Source: an uncultured virus (IMG/VR IMGVR_UViG_3300002220_000005)
Lineage: Duplodnaviria; Heunggongvirae; Uroviricota; Caudoviricetes
Length of the DNA: 20,000 nt
Direction: 5' to 3' (one strand)
Virus record (IMG/VR): IMGVR_UViG_3300002220_000005
Span: 44,242 to 64,241 of that record
The stretch's first letter is position 1. Each line of letters starts with the position of its first letter. The position numbers were made by a program, and so were the translations under genes. The notes beneath the pieces were generated by a model that was not told the origin of the DNA, made no database searches, and was given only the letters and a program-made list of their open reading frames with translations. Positions 1-7,325 of this stretch are shown here, piece by piece.

Positions 1-24
1 GCTCGTTCTGGTGTGATATTGAGG

Positions 25-396
25 TCATTTGGCATCGGGCTTCACCTCTTTCAGCAGGCTCTCAATCTGTTCTCTCATGCGGGTTGCATGGCGAATCCAA
101 GTCTTCCAAGTGTTGGCGGCTCTCATTTTTTTCCATGCGCTCGTGCTATTACCTGCTCCGCATAGACCGTATTTTGCATATAGAGGACATTCGCCGCACG
201 TATAGCCGTATTCGGGTTTGTATTTATTAAACCTTTTGCAAAGAGGACAGGAGTCGGAGAACCAATCCTGTTCAATAGCTACGTACATTGTGTCCTCTCC
301 CGATGCGTCCCTTGGATTCTGCTCCTTCGCCCACTCGATCATCTCGTCGTAGTGCCTCAGAGCCTTCTCGATTATCGTTTTGGTTGATTTAGTCAT
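25..396 (-). CDS. Cys-rich hypothetical phage protein
   Basis: ORF track. ATG at 396 overlaps the upstream stop (TGATG) and follows a GGAGG RBS. Contains CPLC and CGECPL motifs. Confidence 0.8.
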   Translation of the reverse strand: MTKSTKTIIEKALRHYDEMIEWAKEQNPRDASGEDTMYVAIEQDWFSDSCPLCKRFNKYKPEYGYTCGECPLYAKYGLCGAGNSTSAWKKMRAANTWKTWIRHATRMREQIESLLKEVKPDAK

Positions 397-536
397 CACT
401 TCCCTCCTTGTTTTTCTTCCAGATACCCGTCCACAATCCTTCTCATCAATTCCGAAAACGTGATACCCAACCTGCCTTGAATTTCTCCGAGTTCCTTAAG
501 CTGTCTGAGTGTCATAAAGAAGTTTACTTTTTTCAT
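396..536 (-). CDS. CopG/Arc-like ribbon-helix-helix protein, 46 aa
   Basis: Manually translated: MKKVNFFMTLRQLKELGEIQGRLGITFSELMRRIVDGYLEEKQGGK. GGAGG RBS; beta-strand plus G-I-T-F-S-E-L-M-R pattern typical of RHH. Confidence 0.8.
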   Translation of the reverse strand: MKKVNFFMTLRQLKELGEIQGRLGITFSELMRRIVDGYLEEKQGGK

Positions 537-559
537 ATTCAATGTCCTCCGATGATTCA

Positions 560-588
560 ATTCTACTCCCTATCTCCATACGCGTCAA
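560..588 (-). promoter_or_regulatory. sigma70-type promoter (leftward)
   Basis: TTGACG-17 nt-TAGAAT on the minus strand, with a T-tract upstream, just before the RHH gene. Confidence 0.75.
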
Positions 589-649
589 GAAAAAAAACAC
601 ATAAAGTTTCTACCACACCACACGGTAGTATCAAATTCTCCAATTTTTC

Positions 650-944
650 CCCCAAAATTTTACGATTCCATTTTACCTGCTGAAAACAGGGTTAGGGATA
701 CATCCTAGAATCCTCTGAAATCGTTTCTAAGGGGTCGCTACGCTCTTTTTATTCTTCATGAAGGCAACTAGCCATGTGTGTGGTACAAAATGCGATAGCG
801 TGGCAATTTAGAGGGTGATTCTGAAAAATAGATTGTGTGTAGAGATCGTGTCTTGAATTTCCGTTCGTGTGTTGGAGCGTTGGTTGCGTGTGTTGAAGGT
901 TGATTCTAGGGTAAATTCTAAAAATTTGGACTAAAATTTTGGGG
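650..944. repeat. Nested long-range inverted repeats
   Basis: CCCCAAAATTTTA (650-662) with TAAAATTTTGGGG (932-944); CCTAGAATC (704-712) with GATTCTAGG (902-910). Confidence 0.6.
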
Positions 945-1103
945 AATGATTTGTGTATGGGTGAATTAGGTAAGAGGGAGGGTGGGGGGTTCCTCCTGAG
1001 ATTCAGGTGGTGCCGGGGGTCTGCCAGAAAAAGAATGCTTATTGTTGGATTTTTTTATTTTCCCGCCACTGGTGCCGGTCTAGGCAGGGTTTCCAGAGCA
1101 AGC

Positions 1104-1125
1104 CGGTACAAAGAACGGTACAAAG
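1104..1125 (-). repeat. Tandem 10-bp direct repeat resembling the integrase arm-type sites of attP
   Basis: CGGTACAAAG-AA-CGGTACAAAG. Its reverse complement CTTTGTACCG-TT-CTTTGTACCG matches 19321-19342 at 18/22. Confidence 0.7.
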
Positions 1126-1143
1126 TAGGACAAGCACGACAGG

Positions 1144-1156
1144 CAAAGCGTTGATA
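1144..1156 (-). promoter_or_regulatory. IHF-consensus binding site
   Basis: Minus strand TATCAACGCTTTG fits WATCAANNNNTTR. Confidence 0.55.
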
Positions 1157-1270
1157 CTGTAGGGATGACAGTCAATAGGCAATTGAGTGGGTATCAATCG
1201 GTCTATGATTGAGGTCGAAACTGGATACGATCAGCCTGGACAAGGACAGTTTGAAGGATGGAGCCGCCAA

Positions 1271-1410
1271 CCTTCCCCCCTATGGCTATGGCTATACCAC
1301 GCGCGCTTTAGTTAGTATTTATATATTAAGTCTTTTCTCTTATCTTCTATAGTCTTTATCTTTAATACTTGATTATATATCCCATCCCCATAACCCATAG
1401 CCGGGGAAGG
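1271..1410. repeat. Imperfect GC-rich inverted repeat enclosing an AT-rich tract
   Basis: CCTTCCCCCCTATGGCTATGG (1271-1291) versus CCATAACCCATAGCCGGGGAAGG (1388-1410), around a very AT/pyrimidine-rich spacer. Confidence 0.6.
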
Positions 1411-1525
1411 TCCGGCAAGGGGAACGGTATAAATAATAGTTCAGATGTGAACCATTATTGTAAAGCATACCAAAGTGATAGGATTAGTGGGAATAAAAAA
1501 GATTTAAAGGATAGAAAGAAAAGAC

Positions 1526-1553
1526 TTGACATAGTTATTATATGTGATAGAAT
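1526..1553 (+). promoter_or_regulatory. Strong sigma70-type early promoter
   Basis: TTGACA-16 nt-TAGAAT with extended -10 TGn and an A-rich upstream region. Confidence 0.8.
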
Positions 1554-1594
1554 GATGATAGAGATTAGCAAGCAAATAAAAGAAGGAGGGCAAG

Positions 1595-1828
1595 ATGCCC
1601 ATTAACCAATTTTACTCTCGCAAGCACTTTCAGCTTGTTTCGCCTAGACCAGACACAGCGAAAGAGATCGAGGATAGGCGAACCCTATCCGAAGTAATGG
1701 TACAGATTAAGCGTGAGCGAGAAGAACTTTTCCCTGCGCCTAGTACAGTAGAAGAAATTGATGCTATGGCTAAATGGCAAGACGCCAGGATAGAAGAATT
1801 AAGGAAGGCGAAAGGAATTTGGTTCTAG
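1595..1828 (+). CDS. hypothetical protein
   Basis: ORF track; AAGGAGG RBS; first gene after the promoter. Confidence 0.8.
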   Translation: MPINQFYSRKHFQLVSPRPDTAKEIEDRRTLSEVMVQIKREREELFPAPSTVEEIDAMAKWQDARIEELRKAKGIWF

Positions 1829-1852
1829 CAATCAATAAGAAGGAGGCCGCAA

Positions 1853-1993
1853 TTGAAAACCATGAACATTAGAGGTATCCCCGACGATCTCCATAAAGCC
1901 TTAAAGATTCAGGCCGCGAAGGAAGGAACAACAATGGAAGAACTTATTCGCCGCGCACTGGCAGAGTATCTCAAAAAGGAGGAAGGAAGATGA
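1853..1993 (+). CDS. Arc/FitA-like ribbon-helix-helix protein, 46 aa
   Basis: Manually translated from TTG after AAGGAGG: MKTMNIRGIPDDLHKALKIQAAKEGTTMEELIRRALAEYLKKEEGR. Confidence 0.85.
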   Translation: MKTMNIRGIPDDLHKALKIQAAKEGTTMEELIRRALAEYLKKEEGR

Positions 1994-2196
1994 AACTCAC
2001 AGTAGGTAAGGGGTATATTTGTAGAATGGTGGACGGGGAACCCATCGATGATATCATTGAGCTTGAGGGTACAAAAAAAGAGATGGTTTCCACGGCTAAA
2101 AACCTTAAAAAAGAGGGGAAAATAGACCGTGCGGAAATCACCACCTTTGATAGGACTGAAACAGAGGATAAAAATTTCGATACGATTATAATCTAA
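1990..2196 (+). CDS. hypothetical protein
   Basis: ORF track; ATGA overlap; RBS present. Confidence 0.75.
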   Translation: MKLTVGKGYICRMVDGEPIDDIIELEGTKKEMVSTAKNLKKEGKIDRAEITTFDRTETEDKNFDTIII

Positions 2197-2227
2197 AGGC
2201 TGAGTATCTTAAAAAGGAGGGGACAAA

Positions 2228-2464
2228 ATGAAAACAACAATCAACACGAGAAATCACGGTGCAGTAACATTTTCCAGACCGGGTAAAGAGTACGTGTACG
2301 TTGACCTCAACGGCAAGCCGGGCACATTAGGCCAGCAGATTTGTTACGGTGGGCATCTGTCGGGTAGCACTGTTACGTTCAGCGGTGACGACAAAGAAGA
2401 GTTTGCCCGGTATTGCCGGAACTGGTGGAAACAGTATTTGAGAAATGAGAGATATTGGGGCTAA
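2228..2464 (+). CDS. hypothetical phage protein
   Basis: ORF track; AAGGAGG RBS. Confidence 0.8.
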   Translation: MKTTINTRNHGAVTFSRPGKEYVYVDLNGKPGTLGQQICYGGHLSGSTVTFSGDDKEEFARYCRNWWKQYLRNERYWG

Positions 2465-2508
2465 AACCCCCCGTCACGCTCCGGTGGATAACCGAAAGGA
2501 GAAACAAC

Positions 2509-2682
2509 ATGAATATCGAAACAAGGATCATACGCGAACAGGACGGTTATCAGGCCCGCATTTATTGGGGCGAGAAGATAAACGAACATTGTAAGCAATG
2601 CGGAGAGTATGGTTTCGGATGCCGTGGACTTAAAAACAGGGACACAGACGGCGGCAAGTGCGATTGTTGGGCAAGGGGTTAA
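2509..2682 (+). CDS. small Cys-rich hypothetical protein
   Basis: Start reassigned to the ATG after AAAGGAG; CKQC and CDC motifs. Confidence 0.7.
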   Translation: MNIETRIIREQDGYQARIYWGEKINEHCKQCGEYGFGCRGLKNRDTDGGKCDCWARG

Positions 2683-2767
2683 CTATAATAACCCCCACAC
2701 ACCCACAAACCATTACCCACTCCAAGCGTGAGGCATAACATTAATAGATGTTATGATGAAATAATGC

Positions 2768-2796
2768 TTGACAAAGAAATATAGGTTTGATAGTAT
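2768..2796 (+). promoter_or_regulatory. Second sigma70-type early promoter
   Basis: TTGACA-17 nt-TAGTAT with extended TGn. Palindrome CATAACAT-N6-ATGTTATG at 2734-2755 lies just upstream. Confidence 0.75.
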
Positions 2797-2843
2797 TAAA
2801 GAAGATGGAAACAACAGCAAATAAAGACAAGGAGAAAGGAACA

Positions 2844-3092
2844 ATGGCAAAGGTTCACCGGATAGGAAACAGACAGTATATTATAGGCAAGAGCAAAGCA
2901 TCTGGATTCTACGCGATATGGGAATTGAAAACCCGTAAGTGGGCTAAGATTTTCACTTGTTCAGAGTTTGCCGACCTCAAGAAGCAGATCACCCACTTAC
3001 AACACCTTGCAGCCAAAAGGGAACTACGGGAAACAATAGCGGATATATGCGGGACTTCATACGCAGCAGCACGCCGGGATATGGGAATATAA
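2844..3092 (+). CDS. hypothetical protein
   Basis: Start reassigned to MAKVHR after AAGGAGAAAGGA. Confidence 0.75.
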   Translation: MAKVHRIGNRQYIIGKSKASGFYAIWELKTRKWAKIFTCSEFADLKKQITHLQHLAAKRELRETIADICGTSYAAARRDMGI

Positions 3093-3109
3093 AGGATAAA
3101 GGTGAAATT

Positions 3110-3439
3110 ATGACAAGATCAACACCCTGGGGAATGGCAGAGAGAGCGGAAGAATTGGCAAAGGGTATTATCAGCTACGGCACGGCCTCGCATGGCGGCA
3201 TTTGGTTAAACCAAGATCGCCGCATGGAAATAGGACAGTATGATAAGAATTGGCTTAAAACGGCTGAATGGTGGGAAGAGGATTGTGATTGGGCTACTCC
3301 TTACGCTTTCTTTTCTAAAGACATTCAAAAGCATGGCACCGCCTACCGTTTTGAAGAAAACCTCAAAGCAGCTATCCAGACAGTAAAAGCCCATCACCCT
3401 GAATTCATGCCGATACTGGCAAGGAGGCTGCAATCATGA
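3110..3439 (+). CDS. DUF7007-like protein
   Basis: TPWG, TASHGG and WWEEDCDW motifs recalled for this family; start at MTRSTPWG. Confidence 0.7.
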   Translation: MTRSTPWGMAERAEELAKGIISYGTASHGGIWLNQDRRMEIGQYDKNWLKTAEWWEEDCDWATPYAFFSKDIQKHGTAYRFEENLKAAIQTVKAHHPEFMPILARRLQS

Positions 3440-3609
3440 CGAAAGCTGAAAGAGTCTTAGCAACAATCCGCGATCATCAGCTTAAATCCGAGCTTTTTAA
3501 AACCCCGTTCCACCTCATAGGTCAGCGTGTAGACAATCCAAAACACTTTGAACCAAGGCCGACATATAAACAGGATCAGCTTTTTAATAACGAAAAAGGG
3601 GAAAGGTAA
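3436..3609 (+). CDS. hypothetical protein, 57 aa
   Basis: Manually translated MTKAERVLATIRDHQ...KQDQLFNNEKGER. AAGGAGG RBS, ATGA overlap, fills the gap exactly. Confidence 0.7.
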   Translation: MTKAERVLATIRDHQLKSELFKTPFHLIGQRVDNPKHFEPRPTYKQDQLFNNEKGER

Positions 3610-3613
3610 AACC

Positions 3614-4000
3614 ATGAAAGTAAGTGAAAAGGTAACAATGTATCGGAGAATCGAGAAGCACGGAAACGACCTTAAAATCATATTCAACCTTGAAGGCGAT
3701 CCAATAGTACTGTGTAAGAAACTGCACCGCCTCGAAGCAAAGGCCCACCAGTTAGCAACAGATTACTGCAATGGCGATATCACAAGCGAACAATGGGAAG
3801 GAGCAAGCGAGGGGATGCTTGAACGCCTGGACAAAATCCTTAACTTCGTCAACCAGCATATCCCGGTATTCGTCAACAGCGATGCAAGAGGCTACACGTT
3901 TAAGATCAAGGACAAATATGTTACCGAGCATAACCTTGACATTCACCGGGATTGGGGCGGTTATGGGATCATTGCGCCCGACTTTGACGGCAAGGAATAA
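3614..4000 (+). CDS. conserved hypothetical phage protein
   Basis: Start at MKVSEK. The YCNG and NSDARGY motifs resemble a family seen in phage early regions. Confidence 0.8.
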   Translation: MKVSEKVTMYRRIEKHGNDLKIIFNLEGDPIVLCKKLHRLEAKAHQLATDYCNGDITSEQWEGASEGMLERLDKILNFVNQHIPVFVNSDARGYTFKIKDKYVTEHNLDIHRDWGGYGIIAPDFDGKE

Positions 4001-4025
4001 TAAAGAACAAAGGAGGAACGGAACC

Positions 4026-4283
4026 ATGACACCAAGCGAACTAAAAGCCATGATTGAAGCAAAGGGCACCGCGAATCACTTCTTCACCCGCAAAACTATG
4101 AAATTTCATGGTGACACTATGGCAAATTACGGCGTAGCAGAAACCGTGATCGATACATGGAGTGAGAATAACGTAGAGGTCTACGAACTGTACCGCAAAA
4201 GGCCGGTTAAATTCGGCGTATGGTCATCAGCATATTTCCGTAAGGATACGCTAGAACAAGCACATAAAAAGGCGGGTGGATAA
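4026..4283 (+). CDS. DUF7447-like hypothetical protein
   Basis: Start MTPSEL after AGGAGG; HFFTRKTMKF motif. The family name is from recall. Confidence 0.6.
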   Translation: MTPSELKAMIEAKGTANHFFTRKTMKFHGDTMANYGVAETVIDTWSENNVEVYELYRKRPVKFGVWSSAYFRKDTLEQAHKKAGG

Positions 4284-4324
4284 CCTAGCCGTCACAACTA
4301 ACACGCACCATTAGGTTATCCACC
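4275..4324. repeat. Perfect 13-bp inverted repeat with 24-nt loop
   Basis: GGTGGATAACCTA (4275-4287) and TAGGTTATCCACC (4312-4324). Confidence 0.85.
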
Positions 4325-4345
4325 ATATCAAGGAGGTGTAAAACA

Positions 4346-4525
4346 ATGCTCAAAGCAGTTTTAAAAGACGGAAAATTAACCATTGAAATCGACATTCACG
4401 AGCCGGAACCAAGCAAGACCGGTAAGACCTGGACGGTAGCAAGCACAAGAGGAAACCAGGTAACGCCGATACTAGTTCACGGTCAGCCTCTTATCATCGG
4501 GGTAAACGCCTACATCAAAAGGTAA
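4346..4525 (+). CDS. small beta-rich conserved hypothetical protein, 59 aa
   Basis: Manually translated MLKAVLKDGKLTIEID...PSKTGKTWTVASTRGN...IGVNAYIKR; AAGGAGGT RBS. Confidence 0.85.
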   Translation: MLKAVLKDGKLTIEIDIHEPEPSKTGKTWTVASTRGNQVTPILVHGQPLIIGVNAYIKR

Positions 4526-4708
4526 GGAGGGATAGACAGACGAACAACCAACAGACGGAGAAAGGACAATGGAAAATAAGGAGGATAGGAACCGATGAGA
4601 AGATAAGACAGAAAGCGAGCCGGGGCGCAAATCTCCGGCAAACAGGAAATACCGGACAGTCCGCAAGGATGGCGAGACCGGAAAACAAAGAAAGGGGAGG
4701 CAATAACC

Positions 4709-5068
4709 ATGAAATTCAGATGGACGATGAAACAGTTAAAAGAAATGACGGACGCTCAGGTATTGCGCGGATTGATTGCGGAACGCAAAAGCGAACTAAA
4801 CCCCTATACGCCCTTTGCGGAACGTCTACAGAGCATTTACAACGATCTGGACAGGCAGATAGCGAGGGAGAGGGAAGCCAAAAAAGAAGCAGAATCGGGG
4901 AACAAAACAACTGAAATTCTTTTTCACGAAATCAGCTATTACTACGAAGATGGTCAAGAAATGCCCGACCATGAACAAGATCATGTTAAGGGAATGATTA
5001 ACGAAGGGTATTCCCAGGGACAGCTTAACGATGGCGGTAATTATGGATGGTGGAGGATAGCAAAATGA
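4709..5068 (+). CDS. hypothetical protein
   Basis: ORF track; GGAGG RBS. Confidence 0.8.
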   Translation: MKFRWTMKQLKEMTDAQVLRGLIAERKSELNPYTPFAERLQSIYNDLDRQIAREREAKKEAESGNKTTEILFHEISYYYEDGQEMPDHEQDHVKGMINEGYSQGQLNDGGNYGWWRIAK

Positions 5069-5283
5069 GCAACGATAAATCACAAAACCTTCCGAAAACA
5101 AAAGACCTCGACACCATGTTAGAAGAAGTACAGGTGGAATGGGATTGCAGAGACAATGAATGCCCGGAAGGATGGTATGGGGTTTCGGTAGACGATGAAG
5201 GTGGAATAATAGCGTACTTTCGAGACGAAGTGGACGCATACCGTTACCGCTTGGATTATATCAACCGCAAGCTGAATCCATAA
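5065..5283 (+). CDS. acidic hypothetical protein
   Basis: Start MSNDK with ATGA overlap and GGAGG RBS. Confidence 0.75.
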   Translation: MSNDKSQNLPKTKDLDTMLEEVQVEWDCRDNECPEGWYGVSVDDEGGIIAYFRDEVDAYRYRLDYINRKLNP

Positions 5284-5295
5284 GGAGCCTAACCC

Positions 5296-5466
5296 ATGCA
5301 ACCCCTAAAGATAGCAGACCGCCGCAAAAACGACAGACGCAAACACGATAGAAGATCACCTGAAACGGTTGCCTCAGCTTTCCGGCGCATCATATCAACA
5401 ACGTGGCAAAAACCCGCCTATCATGAATTAAAGCGGGAACTCGAAAGAGATATAAAGGAGGGTTAA
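5296..5466 (+). CDS. 56-aa protein with triple DRR repeat
   Basis: Manually translated MQPLKIADRRKNDRRKHDRRSPETVASAFRRIISTTWQKPAYHELKRELERDIKEG; AAGGAG RBS. Confidence 0.75.
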   Translation: MQPLKIADRRKNDRRKHDRRSPETVASAFRRIISTTWQKPAYHELKRELERDIKEG

Positions 5467-5470
5467 ACCA

Positions 5471-5620
5471 ATGAAGAAACCTTTTCGTAATACCGACCTT
5501 TCGGAAATCAAGTGTAAACGCTGTCATCGATTTCTGAAAAAGAACCTGATCGCCAAGAATCCCGATGCTGAATTGTGCTATGGATGCCACAAGGGGTTAA
5601 GGAAACCAAGGGAGGCTTAA
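5471..5620 (+). CDS. small zinc-finger protein, 49 aa
   Basis: Manually translated; CKRC...CYGC; AAGGAGG RBS. Confidence 0.75.
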   Translation: MKKPFRNTDLSEIKCKRCHRFLKKNLIAKNPDAELCYGCHKGLRKPREA

Positions 5621-5622
5621 CG

Positions 5623-6066
5623 GTGAACCTCAAAGAAACAGCCAAAAGCCTAGCCTTGATTGCCTTTTATGCGGGCCTCGGAGTAGCGGCATCAACGGCA
5701 TTTATGCAAGGCACTGTCAAGGTGCAGGAAGATCGGGAAACAGCAACAGCGCGGCAGATCATAGACGACGACCTTGTAACTGCGATCATCCAGGTTGAAA
5801 GCTCCGGCAATCCCAAAGCAATCAGCAATAAAGGGGCATACGGCTTAATGCAGATTCGTTGGTCTGTCTGGAAGGATGAACTAAAAAAAGCCGGTATCGT
5901 CAAAGAGAAACGCGACCTTTTCAACCCTCGAATCAACATCGAGGCGGGAAAGTACATCCTAGCTTATTACATGGATAAGCACGACAACAATCTGAAAGCG
6001 GCGTTGAACAGCTATAGCGGAGGGGCAAAGAGGTATTACGAAAAGGTTATGGAGGCTCACCCATGA
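5623..6066 (+). CDS. Lytic transglycosylase (SLT domain) with N-terminal membrane anchor or signal
   Basis: IIQVESSGNPKA (catalytic Glu), GAYGLMQI, LFNPRINIEAG and ALNSYSGG motifs. Hydrophobic Ala/Gly-rich N-terminus. GTG start after GGAGG. Confidence 0.92.
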   Translation: MNLKETAKSLALIAFYAGLGVAASTAFMQGTVKVQEDRETATARQIIDDDLVTAIIQVESSGNPKAISNKGAYGLMQIRWSVWKDELKKAGIVKEKRDLFNPRINIEAGKYILAYYMDKHDNNLKAALNSYSGGAKRYYEKVMEAHP

Positions 6067-6227
6067 AATGCCCTTCCTGCGGTTCTGAAAACGTCTCATC
6101 GATAACAGACACGACAGGAATCTGCCTGAATCTTTACTGCGAAACCTATCTATTCAAAACAAAATCGGCCTCTCCCAAATCACAAAAGGGGCCGAAAACG
6201 AAAGGAGAAAATACCGATGCCCGATGA
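6063..6227 (+). CDS. small zinc-ribbon protein, 54 aa
   Basis: Manually translated MKCPSCGSENV...CLNLYC; ATGA overlap; GGAGG RBS. Confidence 0.7.
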   Translation: MKCPSCGSENVSSITDTTGICLNLYCETYLFKTKSASPKSQKGPKTKGENTDAR

Positions 6228-6600
6228 AGAAACCGACAACACCAAGATAACAGAAGTACACACTGTCGAGAAAGAGCGCAAGCACTACGACCCACTCCCC
6301 GACGATGCACCGAGGAACAAGGTAAACAAGAAGCAGAGGCCCAGGGTCTTGACCAAAGCCGTCCTTATGTATATGACACCCCTTGACCTTTACAACCTGA
6401 AACAGTCTGCGGCAAAGGCTGAATTTAATTCTTACGCCGCATACGTCCGGTTCTTGTCAACAAAGATAGTGACCGAGGATTCCTTGATCGTCACCCTGTC
6501 CAAGAAAACAATGGGAAATCTGCAAGATCAGGCGAAAGCAATGGGCAAGACCGTCGAGGATTACGTAAGGTACTTGGCAACCTTGAAGGTGAGCGCATAA
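6217..6600 (+). CDS. putative DNA-binding protein with two RHH-like repeats
   Basis: Internal duplication: NLKQSAAKAEFNSYAAYVRFLST and NLQDQAKAMGKTVEDYVRYLAT. Confidence 0.65.
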   Translation: MPDEETDNTKITEVHTVEKERKHYDPLPDDAPRNKVNKKQRPRVLTKAVLMYMTPLDLYNLKQSAAKAEFNSYAAYVRFLSTKIVTEDSLIVTLSKKTMGNLQDQAKAMGKTVEDYVRYLATLKVSA

Positions 6601-6617
6601 CAACAAGGAGAAAACTT

Positions 6618-6965
6618 ATGTTTGATTTTATTTATGAACCCTACGAAAAAGAAAAAGCTGTTTTTGGAGAACACTGGTGCGGCCCCAATAAGTACGACCC
6701 GTGGAAACCCGCGATAATCGCTGTATATACAAAGCCCGATGGTAGCGATGGGCAAACGGTAACGGTTTATTGTATCGCTACTCCTGCCAGATTTTATGAC
6801 TTGGAAGTATCCGAAGGGAAAGACAGCGTAGGCGAACGTCAGAACGGATATAAAGTTACAACTGGAAGTGACCGGGCCGAAGTCGCGGCTTTAATAGCAA
6901 AAGAAATTTCAACGGGTATGTTGGGATTTAAGCCCAACGATAACGATAAGGAGGCAACCCCGTGA
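6618..6965 (+). CDS. hypothetical protein
   Basis: ORF track; AAGGAG RBS. Confidence 0.8.
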   Translation: MFDFIYEPYEKEKAVFGEHWCGPNKYDPWKPAIIAVYTKPDGSDGQTVTVYCIATPARFYDLEVSEGKDSVGERQNGYKVTTGSDRAEVAALIAKEISTGMLGFKPNDNDKEATP

Positions 6966-7303
6966 ATAGATCACCCGACACCATGCGCCTCATCGATATG
7001 GAATGTCCTCACTGCAACAGTCACATGGTTTACAATAGCCTCGAATATAAATGGTACTGCCAGAAATGCGGACGGCATGAACTGAATCCACTGGAAATCT
7101 CACACCCATTCGAGGCCGAAATGTACGGGCACCAGATCGCTATAAAGGTCATGGAAATGAGAACGTGTACCGAGTGCGGCAAGGAGTATGAAGCCAGAAT
7201 AACAGCGGAAAACCGGATGTGCAAGCGGTGTTACAACCGGATTACCGATAGAGCAAGGCAAGCAAAGAAGAGACAGCAGAGAGGCGTTGAAAAAGCGGCG
7301 TAG
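6962..7303 (+). CDS. double zinc-ribbon protein
   Basis: CPHC/CQKC and CTEC/CKRC pairs; basic C-terminus. Confidence 0.8.
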   Translation: MNRSPDTMRLIDMECPHCNSHMVYNSLEYKWYCQKCGRHELNPLEISHPFEAEMYGHQIAIKVMEMRTCTECGKEYEARITAENRMCKRCYNRITDRARQAKKRQQRGVEKAA

Positions 7304-7325
7304 AACGTGATAAAAAAGGAGAGAC

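Noticed and set aside
408..1605. ORF-track ORFs at 408, 939 and 1369
   Set aside because: TTG starts without RBS. 408 is antisense to the RHH gene; the others overlap repeats or a promoter.
4600..4690. c-di-GMP-I riboswitch (GGGCGCAAA..CTCCGGC resemblance)
   Set aside because: The upstream GGCAAACC...GAAA P2 stem is not present in the required order.
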